The notes below the pieces were generated by a model. The model saw only the letters and a program-made list of their open reading frames with translations, was not told where the DNA came from and did no database searches. Positions 12,820 to 25,204 of a stretch of DNA of 64,000 nucleotides are shown piece by piece. Position 1 is the first letter of the stretch, and each line of letters starts with the position of its first letter. Origin of the DNA: Heterodontus francisci (Eukaryota); assembly GCF_036365525.1 (NCBI RefSeq), contig NC_090399.1, positions 54,034,430 through 54,098,429 on the forward strand, read 5' to 3'. Position numbers and translations under genes: made by a program.

Positions 12820-12845
12820 GTCTGATGGGTCCAACTGTCAGTTAA
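12820..12845 (+). CDS. MHC class II beta chain, terminal coding exon (RLMGPTVS*)
   Basis: Acceptor ctaac...cttttttAG|GT CTG ATG GGT CCA ACT GTC AGT TAA, phase-compatible with the 27-bp exon and followed by unique 3' UTR-like sequence. Confidence 0.85.
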
Positions 12846-13361
12846 CTGACCTGCTTGTGTGGATGCGATCTGAGACATTGGAACAGACAGGATTAAACAG
12901 CTTGAAAATTCATCTGAACTCCTTCCCCTGAGTCCATATCTGACATGATGACCACTCACTGGGTGTCAAGGTGCTTGACATTGCGGTTTTTATTGTTTGA
13001 GATTAGTTTTGTGATGTTGGAGATTTTTACACTGCGGCTTGTTTATCTTGTTAATGTCCCTTTTTTTTTTAGCGATGTATTTTTCAAGTGTGCAGCTGGA
13101 TCCTGATCAGTGACAAAGCTTCCCCCAGTACAAATAGCTCTGTTCAGTGTAGACTCCCAGTACAAGTGTGTGAAACGAGGATCAGTGCTGGTTGTAGGTC
13201 TGTGACCCTCCCACTCGTCCTTGTCTGTCTCCATTCATCCTCATTTGTAAATATTTTGAACTCTATATTTTTACTTGCCAAGTTCTCTATTTTATATCTG
13301 AATTATTGCAAATTTTAATTTAACCTTTTTAATCTTTGCATCTCATAGCAGAACCAGTTTA

Positions 13362-13367
13362 ATTAAA
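13362..13367 (+). terminator. Probable polyadenylation signal (ATTAAA) of the MHC IIB gene
   Basis: ATTAAA about 520 bp after the stop codon, after AT-rich UTR and before a T/GT-rich tract (tcctttctgtttag). Confidence 0.6.
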
Positions 13368-13831
13368 GATTGTTTATATTTGCAAGTCCTTTCTGTTTAG
13401 TCCTTTACTGTCACACTCACCACTCACTCAGCAGTTTGAGACTCTTCATAATTACTCCACTTTAGGCCTCTAATCCAAGCACAGGAGGGGCATCAGATCT
13501 CTTTCACCTTTTTTGCTGGCAGTAAGGGTTGGATGTGCATTGTCTTCGGGTAGTCTGATCCCAGCTCCTGGTGTCAACTCTATACTGGCCATGGTACAAA
13601 ATGAGCTGTTCACCAGTCAGGAAAGAGGCTGTGTTCTGCAATGAACAGTTCACACTCTAACCCTACATCTCCCTCCACCATCAGTCCAGAATAACAGAAT
13701 ATTGATCACTCATCTGGGTTGCTATATAGCCATGAGAATCAAAGCTGAACACCATTCACCACAAAGCAGTTTGCTCGATTTAGTACCGACATTGGATTCA
13801 GTGCAAATATACCTGGTTACCAGAGCAAGTA

Positions 13832-14334
13832 AGGGGAGGTGGTGGCGTAGTGGTATTGTCACTGGACTAGTAACCCAGAGACCCAGGGTATTGCTTTGGG
13901 GACATGGGTTCAAATCCCACCACAGCAGAAGGTGGAATTTGAATTCAATTAATAAATCTGGAGTTAAAAAGTTAGTCTAATGATGGCCATGAAACCATTG
14001 TCGATTGTTTAAAAACCCACCTGGTTCACTAATGTCCTTTTTAGGGAAGGAAATCTGCTGTCCTTACCTGGTCTGGCCTACATGTGACTCCAGACCCACA
14101 GCAATGCGGTTGACTCTTACATGCCTTCTGAAATGGCCTAGCAAGCCACTCAGTTGTATCTACCCACTACGAAGTCAATAAAATCAGCACTGTGGGTGTA
14201 CCTACCCCACGTGGACTGCAGCGGTTCAAGAAGGCAGCTCACCACCACCTTCTTGAGGGCAATTAGGGATGGGCAATAAATGCTGGCCTGGCCAGCAATG
14301 CCCACATCCCATTAATAAATAAAAATAAAAAAAA
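13832..14334 (+). mobile_element. Full-length tRNA-derived SINE with LINE-derived tail
   Basis: Pol III A box TGGCGTAGTGG and B box GGTTCAAATCC; A-rich tail; flanking AAGTA duplication; 3' part matches the 3' end of the LINE at 52405-52560. Confidence 0.9.
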
Positions 14335-14399
14335 GTACTGGGAGCCAGATTTGGGGCAGCTTGTCGTCTGTTGGAAAGGGCACCAATGAGTAGTTAATT

Positions 14400-16000
14400 C
14401 AGACTAGCACTAGCACTGCCTATTTGAATGGAGACTGAGATACTGATTCACTGTCTTCATTTCATTACAGCTGTAGACCCATAACTGGGCTCTACAGCTG
14501 AGAATAACAATGTCCCATACACAGGAAGATAATGTATGTATAACTGAGCATTGGTCAAGCTACCCAGAGCTTTGCCATCTCTCAAGTACAGATCTACATT
14601 GATGGTATTACTCAGTGCATAACAATCTCTTGTCGAAGGTATACAGGTACAGGCTAACATTGAAAATATCACTTGTTGCATGTCCCTATTGGTGCTTTTT
14701 GGAACTTGATACATGAATTAAGTAAGCTCCCTCTGAATTTCCAGTTGAAGTTAATCTCTGCTAAATCTTTCAAGAGAAATCTGTACCTGAAGAGAGACAA
14801 AATAAAAACTCTGGTTCATGACTGGACTACTCCAGCTTGTAAGACTCTAGGAGAATTTGGTCGAATAGGCCTGACTGCGGTGCTTGGATCCTTGAACTCT
14901 GCTCAGATAACCCAGGTAGAATCAGTTTCAGCAAGTGTGTAACAGGGCTGCCTGGCAAGGGTTGTGCTCGAGTTTTAACACCCTTCGATAGTTCAAGGTG
15001 AGCACTGCCTGATCAAGCACTTCAAGGCAACCTATAACAGTGGGTCACAAAGGGTGAAGTTCCAAATACTCACCTAGTGAGTCGAGATTTCCAGTATAGC
15101 GCAATATTAGGCTATACAATTCGCGAGCATCAGTAGTTTAAATGAAATACAGAAAACTAACAATCTGGCCATGTGCATTGCGAAGGCTAAAAGGGCATTT
15201 TGAGCTAAAGTAACCTGTTGAGAGCTGCAAGCTGTTTTTCATTACAGATAAGCAGTCACTGCTGAAAAAACACTTTAAAGCTATAGAATATTTAGCAAAA
15301 AGCAGGGAAGTAATAAAAACCAATAACTGCACATACTTCAAAGCTATACATCACTTTCATGCCAAGTTAGCGATGCTTCACATATGCAAACATATGGAAC
15401 TATGGTGCCTGGATCCATGAAGATAAGCGATTGACGTGACTGAGCATGTTTTAAGAAAAATGCTAATTCAGCTGGACTAAGTGGTCCAAAGTGTTTTGAC
15501 ATTGACTGATGTCAGAATTTGCCACCTTTTGAAATGTCAAGGAACTAACTCCACAAGAATGCTGTGTTTTTATACACATCAGAAAAAGTCTATCTTTAAT
15601 TCACTCAGCAACAATTTGTAACAAGTCAGTAACTTGATGGGACTCATTGTTTAGTTGTCCTTTGGTTTTAAAATGTGAAGGAGACCAGGAAAGGAAGGTG
15701 TTATTGTGTTTGCTGATAAAGATCTTGATGGCATCTGTAACGTCCAGTCATGAAATTACTGAAGGAAATGTAAACATATGCTCATCATCAAGGCAGTCTC
15801 TAATATCCTGGTTTGAACAAAGAATGAGACACCTCATTGGACAATTTAGCTTAGATTTTGATAGGACAGTATGATCTTGCCAACAGAACATCCGGCCCAC
15901 CTTGGAAAAGAAAGGTGTAAAAATTGTCATAAAGACTGATTTGGTGCTGCAGCCAAGCAGCTTGATCAGTTGTTGAAGAGGGCGATAAACGGGAAGTGAC
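14400..16000 (-). mobile_element. Possible highly decayed DNA-transposon (hAT-like) coding relic
   Basis: Only faint motif resemblance on the minus strand (AP*FHMFAY ~ YxHCxAH; CFFSS; SQCTW ~ CxTRW); many stops. Confidence 0.25.
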
Positions 16001-16199
16001 TGCTCACTGAGTGATCATATGTATAACTCCTTGTAATGTATTTGTGTCTAATGGATATATTGTATTGCTAACTGATATCTGTATGAAACCTAGTATTTAA
16101 TATGTGATTTGTGTGTTGTCTCATTATTTTTTGTAATTCTTGTATCCAAACAATCAAGGAGTAGAAGGTTATGTCTTACAGTTATGTCTGCAGAAAATG

Positions 16200-17940
16200 T
16201 CACCAATGGACAGTAAGTAGATGCGAAACAGGAGCAGACCAAGAAAATATCCTCGGGGGACTCCAGAGGTAACAGTGGGAAGAGAAGCCATTGCTGGGAA
16301 GGCTGTATCGGAGCAGGTAAGTTTTGGATGAGTTGAAGTTCATGGAGGATGGAGTTCATGAGGCCAGCCAGGAGAACATTGGAATAGTCAGATCTGTAGG
16401 TAACAAGAACATGCATGAGAGTTTCAGTGGCAGATAGGCTAAAGTAGGGGTGTAGGCAGGCATTGATATACAGGTGAGGATAGTGATCTTTGTGATAAAG
16501 AGAATATGGGGTTGAAAGCTCAGCTCAGGGTCAAGTGAGTGAACCTTCTCTGAACTGCCTCTAATGCATTTATATCCTTTCTCAAATGAGGAGACCAAAA
16601 CTGTACACAGTACTCCAGATATGGTCTCACCAATACCATATACAAATACCATAAACGGCAACATTCCATTTGCCTTCCTATTCTCTTGCTCTACCTACAT
16701 AGCAACCTTTTACGATAACTCTGCTTCTCTCTCCACAGATGTTGCCAAACCTGCTGAGTATTTCCAGCCTTTCTTGTTTTTATTTCAGATTTCCAGCATC
16801 TGAAGTATATTGCTTTTATTAACCATTTGTGTTTATGTACCAGGACACCCAGCTCCCTCTGTACCTTCGAGTTCTGCAGTCTCTCTCCATTTAAATAATA
16901 TGCTGCTTCACGGTTCTTCCTGCCAAGTGGATAAGTTCACATTTTCCCACATTATACACTGCCAAATTTTTGCCCACTCACTTAGCCCATCTATATCCCT
17001 TTGCAGACTCCTTATGTCCTCTTCATGACTTAATTTCCTTCCATCCTTACTTCCCAAAGATAACGGCTTCAGTTTTCCCAATATTTAGCAGGAGGAAATT
17101 GCTGCTGATCCAAAACTGGACACTAGACAAGCAGTCCAAAAAGAATAAACAGAGACAGTGGAGGGGTCGAGAGAGGTGTTGGAGCAGTGGATCTGAATGG
17201 CATCAGTGTATGTGTTGAAGCTAACTATGTGCCTGCAGATGAGGGTGAAGGATCCTTCAGAAACTCAAGATAACTGAGAATTAGAAACAAAAGATCAAGA
17301 TGCTCCAGCTATAATCAGATGGGCAAGTGGATCACAGAGGAGAGGTTTTGGAGCAGGATGGTTTAGTTACCTGTGCCAAAGGTGAGAGAGTGGTTGAGGA
17401 AGGGTAGTGTATGCTCGTCTCAGTCACAAAGGATGTAATTTATGACTTTGCTAAGGGCTGTGTTAGTACTGTGACAAGGGTAGAAATCTGAGGTATTCAA
17501 ACATGGAGCTTCAGGAAAGATGGACATGAATTTGGGAAGCGGCAACAATTAAGCGATTTTGGAGATGAGGCGGTAGTATGCAAAGACAGAGATCAAAGGT
17601 AAGTTTTTTTTTTTGAAGTGGAGGGTGATAATGGCAGCTTTTAAGGGGCGGAGCACAGTACTTGCAAAGAGAGAATGGTTAGCAATATCAGCCAACATGG
17701 GAGCCAGGAAGAAAAGTTTAGAGGAAAGGGGTCAAAGGAACAAGAGGTGGATCTCTTGGGCAAGATAAACTTTGAGAGAACATGAGAAGAGATAGAGAAA
17801 CTAGCAGAAGGTGGAGTCTAGGGCTAGGACAGGAAGAAGCCTGGGGTAGGTTTGGCCTGGTGATCGAGGGGAAGGAAGGAAGAAAGCAGAGGCAGCTTAT
17901 CAAATCGTCTCAACTTGATGACAAAAGTACATGAGCTCCT
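16200..17940 (-). mobile_element. L2 LINE remnant with nested CR1 (about 16535-17030) and Penelope (about 16718-16820) fragments
   Basis: HVLVTYRSDYSNVLLAGL (L2 C-terminal RLDYCNxLL motif); CR1 piece [14 protein letters not shown]; Penelope repeat ctctccacagatgttgccaaacctgctgagtatttcc. Confidence 0.75.
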
Positions 17941-17944
17941 CACA

Positions 17945-19258
17945 GTTCACAGAATGGTTACAGCACAGAAGGAGGCCATTTGGCCCATTTTGTCTGTGCT
18001 GGCTCTCTGCACGAGCAACTCAGCTAGTGCCACTACACCACCCTTTCCCTGTAAACCTGCAATATTTTTCATCTTCAGATAATTATCCAATTCCCTTTTG
18101 AAAGCCTGCTACCATCAGACTCTCAGCCAGTGCATTCCAGATCCTAACCACTCGCTGCACAAAAAACATATCCTCATGTCGCTGTTGCTTCTCTTACTAA
18201 TTACTTTAAATCAGTGTCCTGTGGTTCTCAACCCTTCCACCAATGGGAATAGTATCTCCCTATCCACTCTGTCCAGATCCCTCATGATTTTGAACACCTC
18301 TATCAAATCTCCTCTCCAAGGAGAGCAGACGCAGCTTTTCCAAACATATCTGAAGTTCGGCATCCCTGGAACGATTCTCGTGAATCATTTCCACACACAC
18401 TCTAATACCTTCACATCCTTCCTAAAGTATGATGCCCAGAACTGGACTTCTAAGAAAGGTTGAGCACGTTGGGCCGATACTTATTGGAATGGAAAAGGAC
18501 GAGAGATGATCCTATTGAAACGTATAAGATTCTGAGGGTAGATGCCGAGAGGATGTTTCCCCTCATGAGGGAATCTAGATCTTGGGGGCATAGTTTCAGA
18601 ATAAGGGGTCTCCCATTTAAGACCGAGATGAGGAAGAATTTCTTCTCTCAGAGGGTCGTTAATCTTTGGAATTCTCTTTCCCAGAGAGCAGTGGAGGCCG
18701 GGGCACTGAATATATTCAAGGCTGAGTTAGATAGATATTTGATCTACAAAGGAGTCAAGAGTTGTGGGGGCAGACAGGAAAGTGGAGTTGAGGCCAGGAT
18801 CAGATCAGCCATAATCTTATTGAATGGTGGAGCTAGCTCGAGGGGCCGAAGGGCCTACTTCTGCTCTTATTTCGAAAGTTCTTATCATCTTATGAACCGG
18901 TGTTTTATACAGGTTTATCTTAACTTCCTTGCTTTTGTACTTGATGTCCCTATTTATAAAGCCCAGGATCCCATCTGCTTTATTAACTGCTTTCTCAACC
19001 TGCCTTCCACCAGCAATGATTTGTGCACATGTACTCCCAGGTCCCTCTGCTCCTGTACTCTGTTTAGAATTGTGCTCTTTATTTTACATTGCCTCTCTCT
19101 CCATTCTTCCGAACAGAATGGATCACTTCACACTTCTCTGCATTAAATTCCATCTGCCACCTGTCTGCCCATTCCACCATCCTGCACGTTCCCTTGAAGT
19201 TTATCACCACCCTCCTCACAGTTCACAATACTTCCAAGTTTAGTGTCATCCACAAACT
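17945..19258 (-). mobile_element. CR1 3' fragment interrupted by a + strand CR1
   Basis: KFVDDTKLG at about 19250 and CR1 tail at about 17950; split at about 18450-18890. Confidence 0.8.
18450..18888 (+). mobile_element. CR1 3' fragment nested in an opposite-strand CR1
   Basis: RDDPIETYKILR...FFSQRVVNLWNSL and 3' UTR gaggggccgaagggcctac. Confidence 0.88.
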
Positions 19259-19259
19259 T

Positions 19260-20400
19260 GTTGGAGGTGAGGGTGGAGGGAGCAGGGGAGAGGGGTTTAG
19301 AAAGATGGTTTATAGTGGAGGAAAATAATCTGCTTATCTTTGCTGTCCGGAACAAACCTGAAGTGTTGAGCTGTTCTGGTATAGAGGAGTGAGGCCTGAT
19401 GACATGAGATGTGGTCAAGCCAGATCTGGTGATGTCGGTTAAACTAGCTTTGAGCCAGATATGCTCAAATGTGAGGCCTTGGACTTGAGCAAACAGAGAT
19501 CAGGACCACACCAGGGTAAGGAGAGAGTTAAGGTTTCACTGGAGATGAGAGCATAAAAGATGGAGGTGAGGGAGTGATTAGACAGAATAGTAGCTGCAAA
19601 AATATTGTGACAAATACAGGGTAAAGACCAGAGAGTTGGGAATTTGTAAGCACTGATCTGGGGGAAGGTTTCATGCAGGGATAGATGAAAAAGAAAGTTG
19701 GATGGAAGAGATTGTGAGTTACAAGGAAAGTAAGGAACTGGTCAGAGATGACCTCATCGAAGGCAGTGGAGAGGTGACGGGAGAAGGCAACTTCAAGAGG
19801 GTGGGCATGAATATGGATAAAAGAGTTTATGTGGAGGAAGAGATCAAGGGAAGGCAGGAGGTCAATGCATTCAAGAGAAAAGGCAAGATAATTTGAGATG
19901 GTTAGAACTAAAGTGAGGAGTCACACAGTGCAGAGGCTGAGAGGCAAGGATTGAGGATACCTCAGTGAGAAACTCGAGGTAGGGCTTGGGAGGCAGAGTA
20001 CAGCGAGGACTTTAATGCAGAGGGTGGAGAGGTGGAACAAGGTGAAGTGTTCGAAAGGGGAGAAGGTATCAGAGGAATGGAGGAAAGACTTGTGACTTGG
20101 TGATGAGGCCACACCATCACTGTGGTGGTCTGGGCAGGGCAGGTGCAGGAAGGTATAAGTAGGCCAGGAGGCTTCAGTAAAGGACAAGATGTTGCCACTC
20201 TCAATCCATGTTTCCATCAAGGCCATGATGTCGATGAACTCATCCTCAATAAGGTCCAGGATGGCAAAGGCCTTACTCACAATTGAACAGATATTCTGGA
20301 AGGGCATGTGAAGCGGGGTGGTGAGAGCTGATCCACTGGCAGAGGCAATGGTGGGTCGGGTAGGCAGGATGAGATGGTTAGCGAGGATAGTCCCCAGCGG
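19260..20400 (-). mobile_element. L2 LINE endonuclease region, degraded
   Basis: NICSIVSKA...DIMALMETW (APE endonuclease motifs); continues the L2 interrupted at 17940 (both ends align with contiguous sequence near 4100-4150). Confidence 0.75.
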
Positions 20401-20684
20401 GTGCACTGGGTAGGAGGGTCAGTGAGAGATGGGGATGGGCTACAGTAACAACACAGAACATCAAACAACTCTCTACAACTCTGAAAATGGGCTTTATTGC
20501 AAATACAACCCTTGCCCTAGCCCCCCTCCATCCCCACTCCCACACAGACATGCACACTCTGTGCCACACACTGACACTGTTCTGATTTCACTTCCTCTTT
20601 CTTTGATGGGGGGGAAGTGAAAATGAGATAAAATAGAAACTTTAGTTTGGCAGATGACTGTTCCAAATATTATTACATCTCGGA

Positions 20685-23600
20685 CCAGGACTAATATCCT
20701 CACAGGGAGATTTGTTAGTGCTGTTGGGGAGGGTTTAAACTGGCTTGTCAGGGGGATGGGAACGTGAGGGGTATCTCAAATTGGAAGGAAGTAAAGCTGG
20801 TGACAGAAGGTAGAAAAGTAGCAAGTAACATTAGAAGGCAGGCAAAACAAAAGCAAGCATCAACTAGGCTTAGAATACAGAATAATATCAAGAAGACAAG
20901 GTTAAGGGCACTCTACCTGAAGGCACACAGCTTTCGCAATAAGGTAGATGATTTAAAGACCCAAATAGCAATAAATGGGTATGATCTAATCGCCATAACA
21001 GAAACGTGGCTACGGGGTGACGAAGACTGGAAACTGAATATTCAAGGATATTCGACATTTCGGCAAAAAGGAAGAGGAGGTGGCGTTGCACTGCTAATAA
21101 GGAATGGGATTAGTACATTAGTAAGGAAGGATTTCAGATCAGAAGAACAAAATGTGAAATCTATTTGGGTGGAGCTAAGAAAGAGCAAGGGGCAGCAAAC
21201 ATTGTTATGAGTTGTTTATAGGGTCACCAAACAGTACTAGTAGTGTGGGGCATCATAATAATCAGGAGATTAGAGAAGCATGTGCATGGATAATACAGTA
21301 ATCATGGGTGACTTCAATCTGCATATAGACTGGGTAAACCTAATGAGCACTAATGCTGTGGAGGATGAGTTTCTGGAGTGTGGTTGGGATGGTTTTCTAG
21401 AGCAGTATGTTAAGGAACCGACTAAAGAACAGGCTATTTTAATCTAGTTTTATGAAATGAGAAAGGGCTAATTAATAATCTTGTTATAAAAGAACCTTTA
21501 GGGATGAATGACCATAACATGATAAAATTTTACATGATGTTTGAAAGTGAGGCAGTTCAATGTGAAGCTAGGGTGTTGAATTTGAACAAAGAAAATTATG
21601 AAGGTATCAGGGGCAAATTGGCTGAAGTAGCTTGGGAAAATACATTAAAAGGTATGACAGTACGTAGGCAATGAATAGTCTTTTAAAGAAATATTACATA
21701 GTTCACAGCAACCATGCATTCCTCAAGGCACAAAAACCCCAAAAGTAAAGGCAGTCAACTGTGGATAACAAAGGAAGTTAGGGATTGTATAAGATTAAAA
21801 GAAAAGGCCTATAAAGTTGCCATAAATAGTAGTAAACCTGAGGATTGGGAGGATTTTAGAATACAGCAAAAGAGAACGAAGGAATTGGTAAAGAAAGCAA
21901 GAATAGAATGAATGGAAGTTCACAGAAAATATAACAACGGACTGTAAAATCTACTAGGGGTACGTAAATAGGAAATGTTCGGCTAAGACAAATGTGAGTC
22001 CATTACAGGCAGAGTCAGGAGAATTTATAATGGGGAATAGAGAAATGGCAGAGAAGCTAAATGATTACTTTGTGTCTGTCTTCACTGAGGAAGATGCAAG
22101 AAATCTCCCAGAATTAGAGATCCAAAGGATGAGGGGAATGAGGAATTGAAGAAAATTAGTATGAGTACGAAGGTTTTATTGGGAAAATGAATGGGCCTGA
22201 AGGTTGATACATCTCCAGGACCTGATATTCTACATCCCAGAGTGTTGAAAGAGGTCACTATGGAGATAGTGGATGCATTGGTGATCATCTTCCAAAATTC
22301 TATAGATTCTGGAGCGATTCCTGCAGACTGGAAGGTCGCAAATGTTACCCCAATATTTAAGAAGGGAGGAAGAGAGAAAACAGGGAATAAGGACATTACA
22401 TCATTCGTTGGGAAAATGCTAGAATCTATTCTAAAGGATGTGATAAATGGATACTTGGATAATAATTATCTGATTTGGCAACACAGATTTATGAATGGGA
22501 AATCATGTTTGATGAACCTGTTGGTGTTTTTGAAGATGTTACTAACAGAATTGATAAAGGGGAGTTGGTGGACATGGTATACTTGGATTTTCAGAAGACT
22601 TTTGATGAAGTCCCCCACAGGAGATTGGTTAGCAAAATTAAAGCATATGAGATAGGAGGTAATATATACTGCCATGGATTAAGGATTGGTTTGCAGGCAG
22701 AAAGCAAAAAATAGGAATAAATGAGTCATTCTTGCATTGGCAGGCTGTGACTAGGGGGGTACCGCAGGGATCAGTGCTTGTGCCCCAGCTGTTCACAATA
22801 CATATCAATGACTTGGATGTGGGGACCAAATGTAGTATTTCCAAGTTCGTGGATGACACAAAACTAGGTGGGAATGTGTGTTGTGAGGAAGACGCAAAGC
22901 GGCTTCAAGGGGATTTGGGCAGACTTAGTGAGTAGGCAAGAATGTGGTAGATGGAATATAATGTTGAAAAACGTGAGGTTATCCACTTTGGTAGGAGGAA
23001 TAGATGTGTAGAGGATTTCTTAAATGATAAGAGATTAGAAAGCGTAGATGTACAAAGGGACCTGGGTGTCCTTGTCAATTCGTCACTGAAAGCTAACATG
23101 CAGGTGCTGCAAGAAATTAGGAAGGCTAATGGGATCCTAGCCTTCATTGCAAGTGGATTTGAGTTCAGGAGTACTGAAGTCTTGCTTCAATTGTATAGAC
23201 CCTTGGTTAGACTGCATCTGGAGTACTGTGTACAGTTTTGGTCCCCCTACCTTAGGAAGGATATGATTGCCATAGAGGGAGTGCAACGAAGGTTCACCAG
23301 ACTTGTTCCTGGGATGGCAGGACTGTCCTAAAAAAAGAGATTGGGGAAACTGGTCCTGAATTCTCTAGAGTTTTGAAGAATGAGAGGTGATCTCACTGAA
23401 ACCTACAAAATACTTAAAGGGATAGACAGGGTAGATGCAGCTAAGATGTTTCCCCTGATTGTGGAGTCTAGAACCAGGGGGCACAATTTCAAAATGAGGG
23501 GGAAGCCACTTAGAACAGAGATGAGGAGAAATTTCTTTACTCAGAGGGTTGTGAATCTTTGGAATTCTTTACCCCAGAGGGCTGTGGAAGCTCAGTCATT

Positions 23601-23780
23601 GAGTATGTTTAAAGCAGAGATTGACAGATTTCTAAATACAAATGACATAAGGGGATATGGGGATAGTGTGGGAAAAAGGCATTGAAGTGGATTATTCAGC
23701 CATGATCATATTGAATGGTGGGACAGGCTTGATGGGCTGAATGGCCTACTCCTGCTCCATTATTTCGATGTCTCTATGTT
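20685..23780 (+). mobile_element. 5'-truncated CR1 LINE spanning the end of ORF1 and all of ORF2 (frameshifted)
   Basis: YDLIAITETW, GGGVALL, SPGPDILHPRVLKE, GVPQGSVL, KFVDDTK, RGDLTETYKI, 3' UTR and (tatgttc)-type tail. Confidence 0.95.
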
Positions 23781-24274
23781 CCATGTCCAAATAAGGAAGT
23801 GTTTGTGCTTGTCTGTTACTCATACAGTAACAGATTCACTGTCAACAAGAGAATTAACCACATACCAACAGTTTCCATTTGGAAATGACACCATCACATC
23901 TGTAAATATTATTTGGGTCATCACAGTGCCAGCTAACCAATAAGATCCTTCCAATACCAATTTGTCATCAGTTGTTAACAGCCTGTCACATACAACAACT
24001 CAAAGTGAAGCCTCAGTTGTGTTAGTGGATGGAAACCATTCTCCAGAGACACTGGATTCGAATAAGATGGAGGCTGTGCCCTCCATAAATATCCTTCCAG
24101 ACCGAGGTGAAGGTGGAACAAGTGCTGCAAAACTGTGGCCTTGAATCTCACCTCTTCATACACCTGGTGGCTGGACACAGAAAGCAGAGGCTTCCTGTCA
24201 TAGGAACATAGATAAAGACCAGGGTTCATCTTGTTTACTTTCTACCATACTGGTAATCACATCATGAGCCATGA

Positions 24275-24575
24275 GTAGACACTGAGAGGTTGTTTCCCCT
24301 GGCTGGGGAATCTAGAATACCAGGGCAGTCTCTCAGGAGAAGGGGTTGATTATTTAGGACTCTCTATCCTAGAAGTTGTGGATGCTCCAACATTGAGTAT
24401 ATTCCAGGCTGGGAAAGATAGATTTCTGATCTCTCAGGAAATCAAGCGAAGTAGGGAGTGGGCGAGAAAGTGGAGTTGAGACAGAAGATCAGACATGATC
24501 ATACTTAATGATGGAGCAGGCTCAAAGGGCCTTATAGTCAACTCCTGATCCTATTTCTTATCTTCTTGTGTTCTT
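24275..24575 (+). mobile_element. Degraded CR1 3' end
   Basis: tttcccctggctggggaatctagaa...gcaggctcaaagggcc...tttcttatcttcttgtgttctta. Confidence 0.7.
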
Positions 24576-25204
24576 ACGATACAATGATAATGGAGTTGTC
24601 GACTAATCACAGCGATCGATCTCTATTAATTAGTCTACAACAAACCCAGACTTGAGGTGAGGAAAACCCCATTAGTGGAGAGCTTTGGGAACCATTGATC
24701 TAAAGTCACCTGTTCCTCCCAATCACGGTGCACTCACCACACACCACGTCTCAAATTACTCATATACAGGATCCCAAAATATTATTTTCGGAAAGAAATA
24801 TATTGTGATGTCCTCAGGACGGAAGTGAAGTTTAGTTGGGTTTGGTATAAGATATGTGAGCCAGAGGCTGCAGGCTGCTGAACATAATGGTTTCTTCTTT
24901 ATTCTGTCTTAGTTTTGCTTTCCCTTTACTAGCATGTGTGTTCTACAGCAGCTCCAAGTGCACACAATGCACAATACAATTGCAATTTCAAAACACTACA
25001 ACACTACATATATTTAATTTGCATTTGAATGAATCAATATGCATGTTTCCGCCAGCTCCCTGGGGCGCCTTTCCACTGATTGGCCACTCACTCACCGAAA
25101 TATTGCTTCACCAGATCAGCTTTGAATTTATCCCCCTTCACGTTCAGGCTGTGTCCTCTGGTTCCACTGGACTGGACAAGGGGAGATAACTTGTCATAGA
25201 CCAC

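Noticed and set aside
13838-13925. tRNA gene
   Set aside because: The A and B boxes belong to a SINE head that continues into a SINE body and LINE-derived tail.
24025-24105. Class I alpha2-like LEG...LENG peptide on the minus strand
   Set aside because: Spacing is wrong (15 vs 9 residues) and the conserved C/WL is absent; likely chance.
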